A stretch of 52,934 bases of DNA, filler included, from Catajapyx aquilonaris (Eukaryota): the NCBI GenBank assembly GCA_000934665.2. It is 3 parts of 3 records of this genome, joined end to end, with 100 filler letters (N's around TTAATTAATTAA, not from the genome) between each part and the next. Parts side by side here need not be neighbours in the genome. Positions count along the whole stretch, not along the records: positions 35,266 to 52,934 come from JYFJ02006929.1; 2 more parts are not named here. One strand, given 5' to 3'. The position numbers and the translations under genes are program-made. Below the pieces are notes generated by a model. It saw nothing but the letters and a program-made list of their open reading frames with translations. It ran no database searches and was not told the DNA's origin. This document shows positions 35,741 through 48,589 of this stretch, in pieces (within the stretch, counting starts at the first letter, position 1; each line of letters starts with the position of its first letter).

Positions 35741-35984
35741 CACTCTAAGAAATGTCCGGGTTGAATGTATTTATCCCGGAAAAAAGATCACTTTTGTCAT
35801 GGTTATTTAACCCGGACATTTCTTAGAGTGTATACACTCTAACAAATGTCCGGGTTAAATAACCATGACTAAGAAATGTCCGGGTTAAATAACAATGACT
35901 AAGAAATGTCCGGGTTAAATAACCATGACAAAAGTGATCTTTTTTCCGGGATAAATACATTTAACCCGGACATTTCTTAGAGTG
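35741..35984. mobile_element. Two adjacent, oppositely oriented ~90-bp MITEs with CACTCTAAGAAA termini (CACTA/EnSpm-like, TA flanks)
   Basis: Copy 1 35741-35830, TATA junction, copy 2 35835-35984 inverted and carrying a triplicated 30-bp segment CTAAGAAATGTCCGGGTTAAATAACCATGA. Confidence 0.8.
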
Positions 35985-38900
35985 TACATGCTCGTTGGTG
36001 ACGAGTCACTACGCGGACTAAGTCCACCATGGCTGTCCACCTGTTCAACATATATTAGAGGACAGAAGTGAAAGCTATGGTAACTACTACCTAAGTGATG
36101 AGTCAACTTGTTTGACTGGTGGAGTCACGAATTATAAATTATGTATGTGATTAACTGAAAAAAATATATTTCCAATATATATTGTGTGGAAATAGTAAAT
36201 TGCAACTGTGCACTGTGATACTAAAGCTTGTCTACATGCAGTTGTTGTGTGCATTCACAGGTTGACACATTGTATTTCTGACGCACGCTATTGCATAAAT
36301 AATACGCTATTAATGTTCACACCGGGGCTTTTTTGCCCCCATGGGACGTCCTATTTGGATTGAAATAGTGCAATCAATGTAATATGGTCCTCTCTTTTTT
36401 TTGTTGTTTGCAGTGGTGATCGATGGATATCACGGCTGCTTACAAATATTGCATTATGCACTAAATGCACTAGTTTGTTCCTTTCCTATAGCTTAAAATC
36501 GAATTATGATGGCCACGATTATACGTATAATTTTGTTTACAACCGACGGCGCCATTAATGTGTACCCAATATGTGGGCTATAATTCTAATCTCGCAGCTA
36601 TTATAGAGCCTTAGTTTAATTACAGGTTGGGTACAGGGTGTACTACAGTGCATTGCGATTCACCAAAGAATGTTTATACTCAAATTTTTTTTCTTTTTCG
36701 GAAATTGTCGTTTAGCTTTGGAGCGTAGGATCCGGCCTGCCAAAAATAATATCCAAGCCGTGTCCTCCCCACTTTGCATGCGGATTGAACCCAGCTGCCA
36801 GCTGACATGACACATTTCACATTTGCTGCTTCTGGAAGCGACTGCTGTTCAGCCGGCAAAACCCTTTCAGATATCCTGACCTCTTATGCAACCCAAGAGC
36901 CTCTCTTGTCACACGGGGCGGTGCGCATTACAGGCTCAGAAGGATTCAGTCTTCTCAACAAGAAAAGATCTTTCAAGTGTAGTACTGGCTTAATGCCAGG
37001 GGGGCGTACAGTATAATTTTTGTAGAAAGAAAAACCAAAGAATAATGAGAGCAAGAAAGAAAAATGCTGCCCGGTTAAACGTGAATCTGACTGCTTCTTG
37101 TAGTATTCCTTTGTTCAAATGAAGGTTTCTGTACTATCGTATACATTACGAGAATGTTGTTAGTGGTGTTTACTTCAAGACATTTCTAATATATCGCTAC
37201 TACTAATGGCCACGTCGTAGTTGTGTACCAAAATGTCAATTCTAAGTGAATAAAACCGACTCCTCTCATTCAAGTAAGGCATCATTTGCATGCAGGTTTT
37301 GTAGTTTAATCAGAGTATATATATTTTGCGTATCTCTGGGAGGATGAGCGGATGGAGGATAAAACTGGCTGACTTTCTTGCCTCGTATATGAGAAGAAGA
37401 AGATTCCCTTCCTCGGCGCGATTCAGTTCCTGTGCCAAGAGAAGAGAGGCAATGCCCTCGGAGCTATTATCTTTCCGGGACACTGGAGATGTAAATATTT
37501 TAGCGTTCCTCCTCTGAATATGTGGTTTTCAAGAGCTCGCTATCGAGAGGGGCGCCAAGGGGGCCAACCAGATTTATTGCCAAGATTACGGAGGAAAGTG
37601 CGACAGTCTCAGTCGTTCTGTCCATCCACCCCGTTTCCTTTGTAGTGAACCCAAAATGATTTTTGTGTGCTCGCACCAAAAAGGGATGTGCGAAATAAGT
37701 CGTCTAGGCCAAACGATTCATATTTTGTTTAAAAGTTACTGATATAACTAAGGTTTAACATTACAGCACGAGTAAAGGGTGTAACCTCTTTTAGAACCAT
37801 TACTTTAGTTTTTTTTCCTAGGCGCACAGTATATTGCAATATTGTAATAACGTAACTCGTTTATTTTCACAAAACTGCGACAGTCACACCCCTAGCATTA
37901 ATGTAGATGGCCACCAGTAATGAAGCTATTTGTTTTCCCAGCGGGTCCGACATTATTATTATTATTTTTTTGGTTCGCAAGGCGCGAAAAATAATACGAT
38001 GATGTAAACAGAGCGGAACGGAACAAGGTGGCGGTTTTATGAGTCCGGCCAGCAGCGGCACAGCTGGTTTGATTTATAATGGCCAGAGGAGTCCGAAAAG
38101 AGCTGGGCCCCACCCTTGTAATACCCGCCGAGTATCTTACACTCATAGTGATACACCAAAAAAATGCTCAGTTCACAAAGTAGTGTCCACAAGTTTTAAA
38201 CAAGCCCAGTGATGGACACTGTGACAATATCGTTATAAATTAGCATCTCTTTTGATAATGGGGTCCTATAGCCTACATTTTGCAACCTCACTTTTAAAAA
38301 GTCGTCCTAATTATTATTAAATGAATTTTGGTGTTTTTTGTTTGGAAAAATGAGTTTTGATTTTCGAGATATGATCGATCTACAATCATATTGATTACAC
38401 GGTATCGTATTGCCCTATGACGTCACTGTGGCTAAACAGATCGGTGCAGAGGCAGGAACGCACCCGGGATGCTTTGTTTCTTTGTTTTGTTTAAATTGCT
38501 GATTTGCCCTCTGTCGGCTGACCTGCCTATGTGTTATCCACAACACTGTGTGGTTATTGTAATCTTGCTGTGGGGGATAGCTACCCCCCTCTTCTTTTTC
38601 CACCTCTTATCTCATGCGGTGCTTCTGGTGTGTGGTAGAGAGAGGAGAAGGGATGGCCTGGGCCCAAACCCAAAAGGTAATGGGAAGCCATCACTCCGCC
38701 AGCCATAAATTCCATTTATCTGCACTTGGTAGCTGTTGTGGAGCCTGGTCCTTCTTCCACCCCCCTTTACCTCCTACTCACCCATATTCCTGAAGAAAAA
38801 GAGCCCGGGCAGGGAGAATGAAGCTTCACCGGAAACTGAGCCATATTTCCCATCATGAAGCCAACAACACGTGTCCTTGTCTGACCTTGACATATACCAA

Positions 38901-39806
38901 TATCCGGATAAGCTCATATTGAAAATCTGTTTGTGACGTCAGTTGGAAGTATGGCTTATTGCAGGTGGTTTCAATGCAACTCGAACAAAAATTCTACGTA
39001 ACATGTCCCTTTGGTTTCCTGATAATCGTAATCCTGTTAGTATTTCACTGGCTCGGGATCAGATATAGCTTGGGGAGGATTGTGGTCGCAGCCCCAGCGT
39101 TTCGTTTCCATTACTACAACCCCCCGAACCCTTCGGGAGAGATTGTGTGTGTGAGAGAGGATGGCCTAGACATCCCCAGAGTTGCCCTGGGAATTACGTA
39201 CGGCAGCATCCAAATCGATACAGGTGCCCATTTGTCAGACCTGGACCACCACGTTTGTTTCAAAAAAAATAGAGAGATTGACAAGAAAGAAGTTGCTGTA
39301 CAGCCTAAAGGGTTGTGTCTATCACAATGTTTCTACAGTATTTTTTTTTTTTAATCGGGGGGTGGTTATCAGGCTTATCAGTGGATTTTGGTGAGGGTGT
39401 TCCTTTAACCCGGTTTCTGTCCTCCAGTACTGAGCTCGTAAAATTGCGCGAATGGTCCGGTGGCTAATTTCATGTCAAAGCAGGCTTTACACCCTGCTGG
39501 AACGAACGAAGGCTTCTCTTATAGTCGCCGGATTTTATTTGCCCATTGGTTCTGCAGGGAGGCAGAAAAAATACATGGGAACGTGTTATCCAAATTACAA
39601 GCAACAAGGTTGATAATTTTGGGGAACAAAACATGTACTGTATTTGCAGAAAAATGTTGGTTGTACGGGATATTGTGTGAAATAATATAAATTGCACTCT
39701 TTTGCGCATTTTTATAAGGAAATGGGAAGATGGCTGCCTCTTTACATCTCATTGAACATAATTGTCTGGGAATAAATCCTACAGTTTATTTTGTTTAGGC
39801 TTATGT

Positions 39807-39878
39807 GTCTAGCACAGGCCGCAGCGTGTGTGCGTCTAGATATATCTAGACGCACACACTCTGCGGCCTGTGCTAGAC
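39807..39878. repeat. 72-bp spacerless palindrome (1 mismatch), probably MITE-derived
   Basis: GTCTAGCACAGGCCGCAGCGTGTGTGCGTCTAGATA|TATCTAGACGCACACACTCTGCGGCCTGTGCTAGAC. Confidence 0.88.
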
Positions 39879-42800
39879 GCAAAGTTGCAGCATCATTGGT
39901 TGAGAAAAGCAACAGCTGGATCAATGCGAGTTGGGGGGGGTTTGCACATGCACATATTCTGTAAACAAGGGTTAGCACCCGCTACCCCAGCTCGCACAAA
40001 GTGACTGGATTATGTTCATGGAAAGCAGGGATACTCTCCAACGTATACTGTTTACACTGCTCGAAAATCCAGAGCTTAGCCACTGTATAAGGATTCTTTA
40101 GGATCATTTTCTGAACTTTTAAAAAAATAAAAAAGTGCAATCCGATATGATTTCATATGTAGACTAATTATAGGATATGAGGATGTGTATTTCGATTTTT
40201 AAAAAATAAGGTCCCATCAGAAACATCTCTGTACACATCTCATATAGACCCATCTCTTTGGAAGGAGCAGCAGCAGATGTGTCAATTGCTTCCAGTTTGT
40301 CCCATCCCGAGCCAAGTGGTACGGGAGGCCATTCCCCAGTTGCTAGTGGTCATTTCGAGACCCGGATCGAACCATCTTTTTGTCCAGCACTTCTCCAGAA
40401 AAGAGGCTTAGCTCCTCTGAAACTCCTTCGTAAGTCTTGGCGTTAGCAGCAGAAGGAAATAAAAAAAGAGAGCTAGGTCGGTTGGAAGAAGAAGAAGAAG
40501 TAAAAAAAAATGGCGTTTATTTTCCTGCCATTCCAACACAATACTGGATATTTTAAGAGGCCCGGAAGAATCCCCCGCAAATTCCGCAGCTGGGGGGGTA
40601 AGGCTAAGAAAGAGCCGGATTTTCCGGCACTTAGCTCATGGCAATTAAACGGCAAGGGTAATTTGCAAGGTGACGACTTTTTTTTAGCCCACCACTTTTC
40701 GACTAAAGAACCCAACAGAAACTAGGCCAAACAACTACTCGATAAAGTACTGATTTAATTCAGGGCGTTTTATATGCCAGCCAATATGTCTTCTTACATA
40801 ATATATAAAGCAGAAAGTTTGTTGGTTGTATGGTTGTATGTCACGGCTACCTAACCCACTTCCGGTCTACTGATAGTCCTGAAAATTATTGTCACACTGA
40901 CGTATTACGTGCCGCTGATTTAGAGAAAAGTCCGAGTATAAATACCCAAAAATTGGATTTTTTGTTTGTTATGATGTTTGGTGTGTGTCATACAAATTTC
41001 TATTTATTTAATAATCACAGTGGCCGTGCGAAGAACGGCTCCCCTGCTAGTCATTATACAAGGTGTATTAGAAGATCTGACAGAATTTTAGTCAGCTTCA
41101 GTCGGCTTGTCTCTCGCAGTATTACTGCTTCACGTATATTTTTTTTTTGTACTGAAAAACCAGTGAGTGTAACGTGGCGAAGGTAATGAAGAGCTTCGAG
41201 AGTATTATAATCCGTGGAAAGCGCACTTTTTCATGCGTGGCGGACCTCATTACCTCGGTTCTGATTCGCCTAGCAGTTCAACTAATCGGAAGGACTGGAG
41301 AAAGTGGATTAATTTCGGCCGTCGGAGTCACGCTTTTGGCAAGCAAGAGCGAGGAGGAGAAAGTTTTCAAGCCCCTACCAAAACTCAAGGAGACAGGGGC
41401 TGTCATCAATGTTTGGGGATGGAAGCGTTTGTCGTGGGTTGGCTTTTGGATTTAATACTACGGGGAGCACAGGCTGGATGATTTTCGCACTTAAAAACGT
41501 TAAGTTGGCAGGTCTTGGGAGTGCTTTTGCGACTGATGAACAAAGTTTTGAGCACTGAGCTGCCCCCACAACTTAAGCTCGAAAAATTTTGAGCACTTTT
41601 TAAAAAAAATCCAATTTAGGAAGGATACACTATCAGGTTGATTGCTATGTCAATGCTGATTAGAGATCCTTTGTGATTATTTATTTAGATCAATATTTGT
41701 GACAAAGTTGGTCCATTAATACTAAAAAACGTTGGTGAGCGCCAGTTATCATTACGAGAGGAGGAATGACGTAATTTCTTGCTGCCATCCGGAGGAAAGA
41801 AGGAGACCACATCACTCTTTTTTTTCCTTAGAAGAAACTGCTGCAGTTTCAACCCCTCTGGAGCCACATTATTATGTCCGCCGTGCGAACTACTTCTGCG
41901 TCCTCCAACTTATCATTTCCCATAATGATCGTTTTCATTCCTTGCACTACCTTTCCACCTCTGCTTTTTTTTATTCTTTCCCAAAAAAAACCCAGTAGGC
42001 TCTTTCTGAGAGAAAAAAAGGGATTCTCTTCATTTTTCCTTTTCGGCGCCATAATTCACGGCTAACCCCGCACGTTCAGAAATCGCTCCGATCCGGTTCA
42101 TTTGTAACCATTCATCTTTTTCCGGCTCTCGAAATGAACACCGGACATAATCCATCTTTGAAATGTCTTTCTGGAATTTTCATATCATCAGCCGATTCTA
42201 ACCGATGGTTAGTCACATTTGGATAAGAACTGCAGCTTCCCAATCAAAAACCTGGCTTTAATTCTGTCTGGCGCACTTGAAGAGTATAACAAAGGGAGCC
42301 AATAATTTCCTTCGTTTGGTCCCTCCAGCATCCAACCAGCTAGACAAGCACCGTTTATATTCCCTCACTTGCTGGTCGCTTGCAGAATTCGATTTCACAG
42401 GCCGCCTAACACACACGTACAGCCACCCTCCACTTCACTCTAACCGGGGAAATAAGGAATAACTTCCTAACCCCTTGACCCACAGCTACAAATTGAATTT
42501 CCACTGAAAACGACGGACGTGTGTGCTTCCCTCCTTCAAAATTTTTTTTGTTGCTAAAGGAGAGATTATCCTGCCAGAGAAATATATTGTTAGATCTATT
42601 AGGTATTCGATCGGAATTGCCAGGTGAAACCTCTTCTTTGTTTATGTTGATGGGAATCGTCGTAGAATACTTAGGGAGCTGAAAGGGTTAAACTTTCACT
42701 GTATGTGTTAACTAGAGTAATTTCCGTACGTACTAGTAACAATATCCGATTATTGTCACTTTATTATAGGAAGAAAATTTTCCGGCGGCTAATTGCTCAC

Positions 42801-44967
42801 ATTTTTTTTCACTCAACTGCAAACATTTGATACGGAAGTGAGCTTTTAAATTTGCAAAACTATCCACTCGACCTACTGTAACTGTAATTAAGTAATTGAG
42901 CTGCGGCCAAACTACAGTATTGATATGCAAACATTTTGGCACGTGAACGTGTCGGTATCATTAATTATATAGGCAGTGTGTAGGGCCATGCATTTAATTA
43001 ATCTGTGCAGCTAATTTAACATTGGCGTTATGAGCTTCAACGAATAACATGCTCTCCAGCACAGTGTGTGTTGACGCAACAAGGTCCTGACATATCAATC
43101 TCGTAACTTAATTAACTTCTAAGTTGTCCTTTTTTTTGTGGGGACCCATCATGTTTGCTGGCAATCTAGCTCATATTAGCAGTAATTGTTTTGCAAATTG
43201 CCATGTCTACCCCCTGGAGAGAATATGTTTCAAGTCTTGACATCGGTATGTGTACTACAGGGCGGTCTATATATACACTTTAGGCAAGAGAAAAAAAAGT
43301 TATAGATTATTTACTACAGATCACGACAGGTGATTCTTGCTTAATACTTTTTATTCAAGTACAGTTGCCTGGCCAACTTCCAAACCGATTTTTTTTTACT
43401 CTGTAAAGTCTGATACAGAGTAGTGCGAGAATGGATTTATAACGATTACACGTTCGGCGCACGTCTCCCAAACCGACGATTTCTCACTGATTCCACTTTA
43501 CCCAGTCGATTGAATTTTTTTTTGGTCGATGCGAGTAGTGTAGAAACGCGTGCAAAAAAAATGCTCACTTTTAATTGAATTGCTTCGGTATATCAAAGTG
43601 CATTTCACTGTAGGATGCAATTACAGCAACCGATTCTGTCAAGACATGAGCTAGTTTTCGAACATTAAAAAAAACTAATTACAGCAATTATGCAATGTTG
43701 GATAATAATTAATACACGCGCCCCGATGCATATTTCGTAAATTATCCTTGTCACGCGGTGGATCCATATTTTATAGACAATAATGCAATTTTAGTGGCTT
43801 TATGACAACGTAATATAATTGTACAAATTCACATATGAATAATCGGAGATTAATCGATGGGCATAATATATGCGTGTAACAGCATGAACACTGAATAATT
43901 ACCGATAGTGCTGCAGGACTCTTTGACAAGATTGAATTAATTAAAAATAATTATTTTGCAATCAGTCCGAAATGGTGCAGGCAGCCAAATCGTTACATAT
44001 ATAATTTCATAGTTATCGTAAAGGTTACGTTCTTCTCATGTTTAAACGCGCTTAATTTTCAGACATTCGTGTGACCTTTTGCTGCCTTTTGCGTATACAG
44101 TTCACTCAGTGCAAATAATTATAGCGCATGAATGAGACCTTGAGATCACATTACATGCATGACTAATAAGGCGCAATTTGAGCTTCAAAACATTGGGTTG
44201 CCAAGGCAGCATAAGCCATCCTTTCAATTCCAGATGCCTCATATATCCGTAGAGACAAAATAGGGATATATTTAAACTTCTCTCAGAGCAATGAGCGACG
44301 TAGTTTCAGGCTCTTTTCATATCACAGATAGCATTGTTGGCAAATTATAATAGATGTATACCATGGTTCAAAAGGAGTTGAAAAAGGTAACAGATTATGA
44401 ACTCCAGCAGCCAGATCAAAGGGCTGCAATTAATTTGTGCTGATTGGTTCTTCTGGTTGCCGGGATTGCTCGCAGAGTTTGTACAATTAATCCTCCCAAG
44501 TACTCATTACATGGTCTGCCCAAAAATTATGTGTGCGTTACTATTTGCCTCCAAGAAATGAACTCAAAATTGATGCTGAAATTTGAAGGTCACCCCATGT
44601 CAGTGTTTTGCGCATTAGAAAGTTTCGCCGAGCAAATGTGCGAAACGGTGAGTGCTCTCGGAAAATACTCCCCCATCAGTATAGAAAGGCCTGATTCGCA
44701 TTCATCAACTGAAACCCGTAACCCCGCCTCTTGAATACCAAATACCACCTTTATGTTCTCCATCCTCCCCCTCCCCTCTTCTCTCTCTCTCCCACTTTTT
44801 TATGTAGCACTAGACAAGGAGTCAATTTGTGCCCATGCTTCGTTAGTTCATGCTTGTAGGATCTTCTGAAAGCTCAAATCTGCCTTGATCATCCTGACCT
44901 TTTGATGTCTCATAAATCAAAGTAATTGTCAACAAATAATGTTGGGTACACTGTAATGGCGGATTAG

Positions 44968-45156
44968 TTATGCTCCGCCCCTTGCCACTTTACGCTCCTC
45001 CCATCGCCACTTTATGCTCCGCCCATTGCCACTTTATGCTCCTCCCATCACCACATTATGCTCCGCCCATTGCCACTTTATGCTCCTCCCATCACCACAT
45101 TATGCTCCACCCATCGTCACTTTATGCTCCTCCCATCGTCGTGTTATGCCCCGCTC
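44968..45156 (+). repeat. 22-bp minisatellite (~8.5 units)
   Basis: TTATGCTCC(G/T)CCCAT(TG/CA)CCAC(T/A) tandem units. Confidence 0.9.
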
Positions 45157-46891
45157 ACTTTTGGCTTCAATTTTTTTTGTAAAACCACATGAATAACTCA
45201 GAGCCTCTAACTCCACACCGCGACTCTTTTTAGCTCCCCAGTTGCAATTCGTCAACCGCAACTCAGGCTCTCTCCAGTGTTCAAGTATGCATAGGTAATG
45301 AGTTGGCGAGGAAGGCATGCGGCTACAGACTCCGGTTGGCCTCAGAGCTTGCCTGCCTTTCCCCCCTCCCCCTTCCCCTGGATAATCCTCCCCCTATGAT
45401 GACACTTTGGGATTGCGCAACTCCTCCAAAACTGCCTGTCGATTCTGGACCTAAGACCTTTTGTTACAACAATGTCCTGCGGGTTCTGACCTAGTTACAG
45501 TCTGTTCAAATTGTGGAAAGTCACCAGCGCTCAAGGCCACGTGAAATTATTTGGAGATTTCTGTGCCCTAAAGTGTCATGGCAGTCCTAGTTCAATTTCA
45601 TATGAAGGATTAATTCTAATGAGGTGGCTTCTGGTGCAATTATCATCAACTTTAACACTGTTTTTAAAAGGTCGGATAAGAAAGAGAGACGATTATACCA
45701 ACCGGGTCTTAATGACCTGGCAGTGTTACCGACAGCATTGTTCGTCTTCTCCCATTTAGGTAACCATGCCCAAATTGTCTCCTGTAATAGCTTAATTTGT
45801 GTCCATTTTCCGAAAGTACGTGCAGAACTGCGCCGTTCGCTCCGACACTAACGACATAATAAGCAAGTGTAATTGATACCTGCAGAGAATGCGCAATGTA
45901 TCGCCAACGCTTTGTCCGGATCTAATGCACCGCACTTACAGCGTACATTTACAAATTAATGTGCAGCTGAAGTGCCAACAATGTGTCTAGTGGACTCTTT
46001 CAAAGCTATAGCTAGAATATTAGCGATTTTTGCGATCGCTGCTGGTGCTGCCAAAATAGCAGCGATTATAATTTATATGATTTTTTTTACGAGCGCAACG
46101 GAATTCGCACCACAGTTCACGCATCTTGCAGGGTTGGCATTATCAATGATAGCTAGTAAACTCTGTGTAATTATTATAGTCGGTGTACTTCTGCACTTAT
46201 TTCCAACGCTACGTTTGGTGGGGGACAAGATGGCCGACATTTGCGACGTTGCCAAGGCTCTGAAACGAATCTCAGAGACTACGGGTGTGAATTATTTGTA
46301 TTATAATAGTGCATATTAATTTTAATAATTATAATTTAGAATAACTATATATTTTTGTTGTTACAGTTGAATCCGCGGATATAGCAGCCTCGACTATAAC
46401 AGACTCGAAAGGCCGGTCCAGGCATTCTTCCATGAGTATTCGGCTATAACAGACTGAGATCCGCGGTCCCTTGAAGTCTGTTATATCCTTATTCAACTGT
46501 ATATTAATAATCATTTAATTATCTAATTGAGTTTTATTGTTTAATTATTATTAATTACATTATTTTACATTTTAGTTATTTTATTATAATTTGTATTATA
46601 ATTTGGGCAAGAATTTGGGCCCTGAGGGGTCATTCTGGCTACGTTGTTGTCAGACAGTGGAGCTGCGCGAGTGTGGGTGCGCACTCGGTTGTTGTCATTT
46701 AAAAATTTGTCTATATTAGGAGTTTCGTTTCCATTTTTCAATGTTTAATTTTGATTATCTTTCTTTCCAGGACATGAGCGCCGACGAGAAGACTTAAGTC
46801 AGACGTGGCGGGGGCGATAGTACCCTGAGGACTTCCGTTTGGGTTTCGTCAGCCAGCAACCGGGTGCATATAAAAAAAACAGCAACCAGCC

Positions 46892-46984
46892 ATGATGAAA
46901 GGGCTGTTGGACGCCGAGACGGGGCGACCCTCCGTCACCGGCAACACCTTGATCGACAGCATAGATCCCAGGAGAAAAGTTAAG
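46892..46984 (+). CDS. Probable first coding exon of an unidentified gene (exon 46771-46984)
   Basis: Strong acceptor TCTTTCTTTCCAG ending 46770, strong donor AAG|GTGAGT at 46985, GCCATG start, 31 codons MMKGLLDAETGRPSVTGNTLIDSIDPRRKVK in phase 0. Family not recognised. Confidence 0.5.
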
Positions 46985-48310
46985 GTGAGTACAACAGACT
47001 GTCATAGGTTTGCAAATATTTTTGGTCCGTATATAGCTCCTGTCAAAAACAATGGTCCGAACTTTTTTTTCCCCTTGTGCTCGTGACAGGCTGTACATGG
47101 TGTGCAATGGCTGCCACAATCTGTCCTCTTTTTATTTTTAAAAAATGCGCTGACCTCAACGATTCGTGCGGTCACCATTGAGGTCAGATAACTGTCCGCG
47201 ACGTAATGAGTTTCCAGTGTACTTTGCAACGAAGGTTGTTGTGGTCTTCCGCATGTCGGCGCGATGGGAAAGGACGTGCAAAATTGATGGCTGGAAGCCT
47301 TTCTCCCCTTCCGCATTTTGAGATGATTCCCAATATCAAAAACTGATTATCTCCTTTTCAGCTAAAATTGAGGTGTGATTTATGGCGGTCAGAATCTTGC
47401 GGCTTGCTGGGGAAGGCGCTGAAGCTTAGTTGCGGAAGATTAGTCCGTCGTTTCGATCAATCAAAAAGCAAAGTTTCCCCAACAGTCGAAGGCCAAGCCT
47501 TACACTCGATGTGTTACAAGAAGGAGGGCCCCATTAATTAAGTAATCTAACTAGATAGATAATTAAATGGAGGAGGCGGGATTCACAGGGTGTGGATGGG
47601 GGGCGTCATCTCTGGAGGTTTGCTTCCGATATGCTAATGTCTAATTCAACCTAGTGAATATTAATCAGAGAGCCCGGATCCTCTCTGATTGAACGCTCAC
47701 GTCACTTACGCGACAGGAATGTCATGAAAGGAAAATGTACGTTTATTTATCTCGTACTAGCAGAATAATAGCACTGGGATTGAAGAATTAATACCGTTAG
47801 ATTGAATAAATGGTTGTTGCGATGGCCTAACTTATGAAACAACAGTTATTGATAGTGACACCCTTTTTTCTCTCTCTCTCCACAACGACTAAACTCATTA
47901 TAGACGTTCATCTACAGCCAATAGAGGAGCTTGAATAATGACACTTTTTCGAGCCCTGGAGGTCCTGATCCCCGAGGCTACAACCGGTCCAGCAGATTCA
48001 ATTATTCGACCCTCGTTATCATTTCGGAGGGTAGAGCGACTGATGTCGCAGAATTTTTTTTTGTGCAGGATTCACATCCCCGAATTACGATTTGGGGGGG
48101 GNGGGGGGCTTAACGCGGTCCTGAGCACACCCCAAGGGCTTGTCGTCTAAATGCACCCAAGCGGCAGGCTTTTTTTTTCGGTGTGGAAAAAAAAGGTTGA
48201 TTGCACAAGTTGTTTGGCACGTGTCAAAATGCGATGTTGGTTTTGGGGGGGTATCATATCATGCAAGAAATGGGATGGTCGATTGCGAGCTAAAAGCCAG
48301 TGTCGTAATT

Positions 48311-48589
48311 TCAGCAGGCATGGAGAGAGATAGCGAGGGCTTTTCTGATGGCGTTAATGTCGTTGAGGCCATTAGCGTCGGAATAACAGTGATTCATAAG
48401 TTTAAGGCCTTCTGTTTCCACTAGATATTTCCGAACATTGTGGTCGGCCTTTTTGGCCACTGCTTGATTTTGTATGCCATTGGCTGCGTATAGATCCAAA
48501 CCGGGCAGCGGCAAACTGTGATGATGGTCCAGCTTGATATTGCTGTCGTTCATCCCTGACTTGACGTAGACCATGGAGGATTTCAAGGC
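48311..48589 (-). CDS. Possible terminal exon or small ORF of an unidentified gene
   Basis: ~92 open codons that appear G/C-rich at third positions in AT-rich surroundings; acceptor-like CTTTCCAG and GTAAACAG just upstream; no recognised motif. Confidence 0.3.
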   Translation of the reverse strand, partial: ALKSSMVYVKSGMNDSNIKLDHHHSLPLPGLDLYAANGIQNQAVAKKADHNVRKYLVETEGLKLMNHCYSDANGLNDINAIRKALAISLHAC

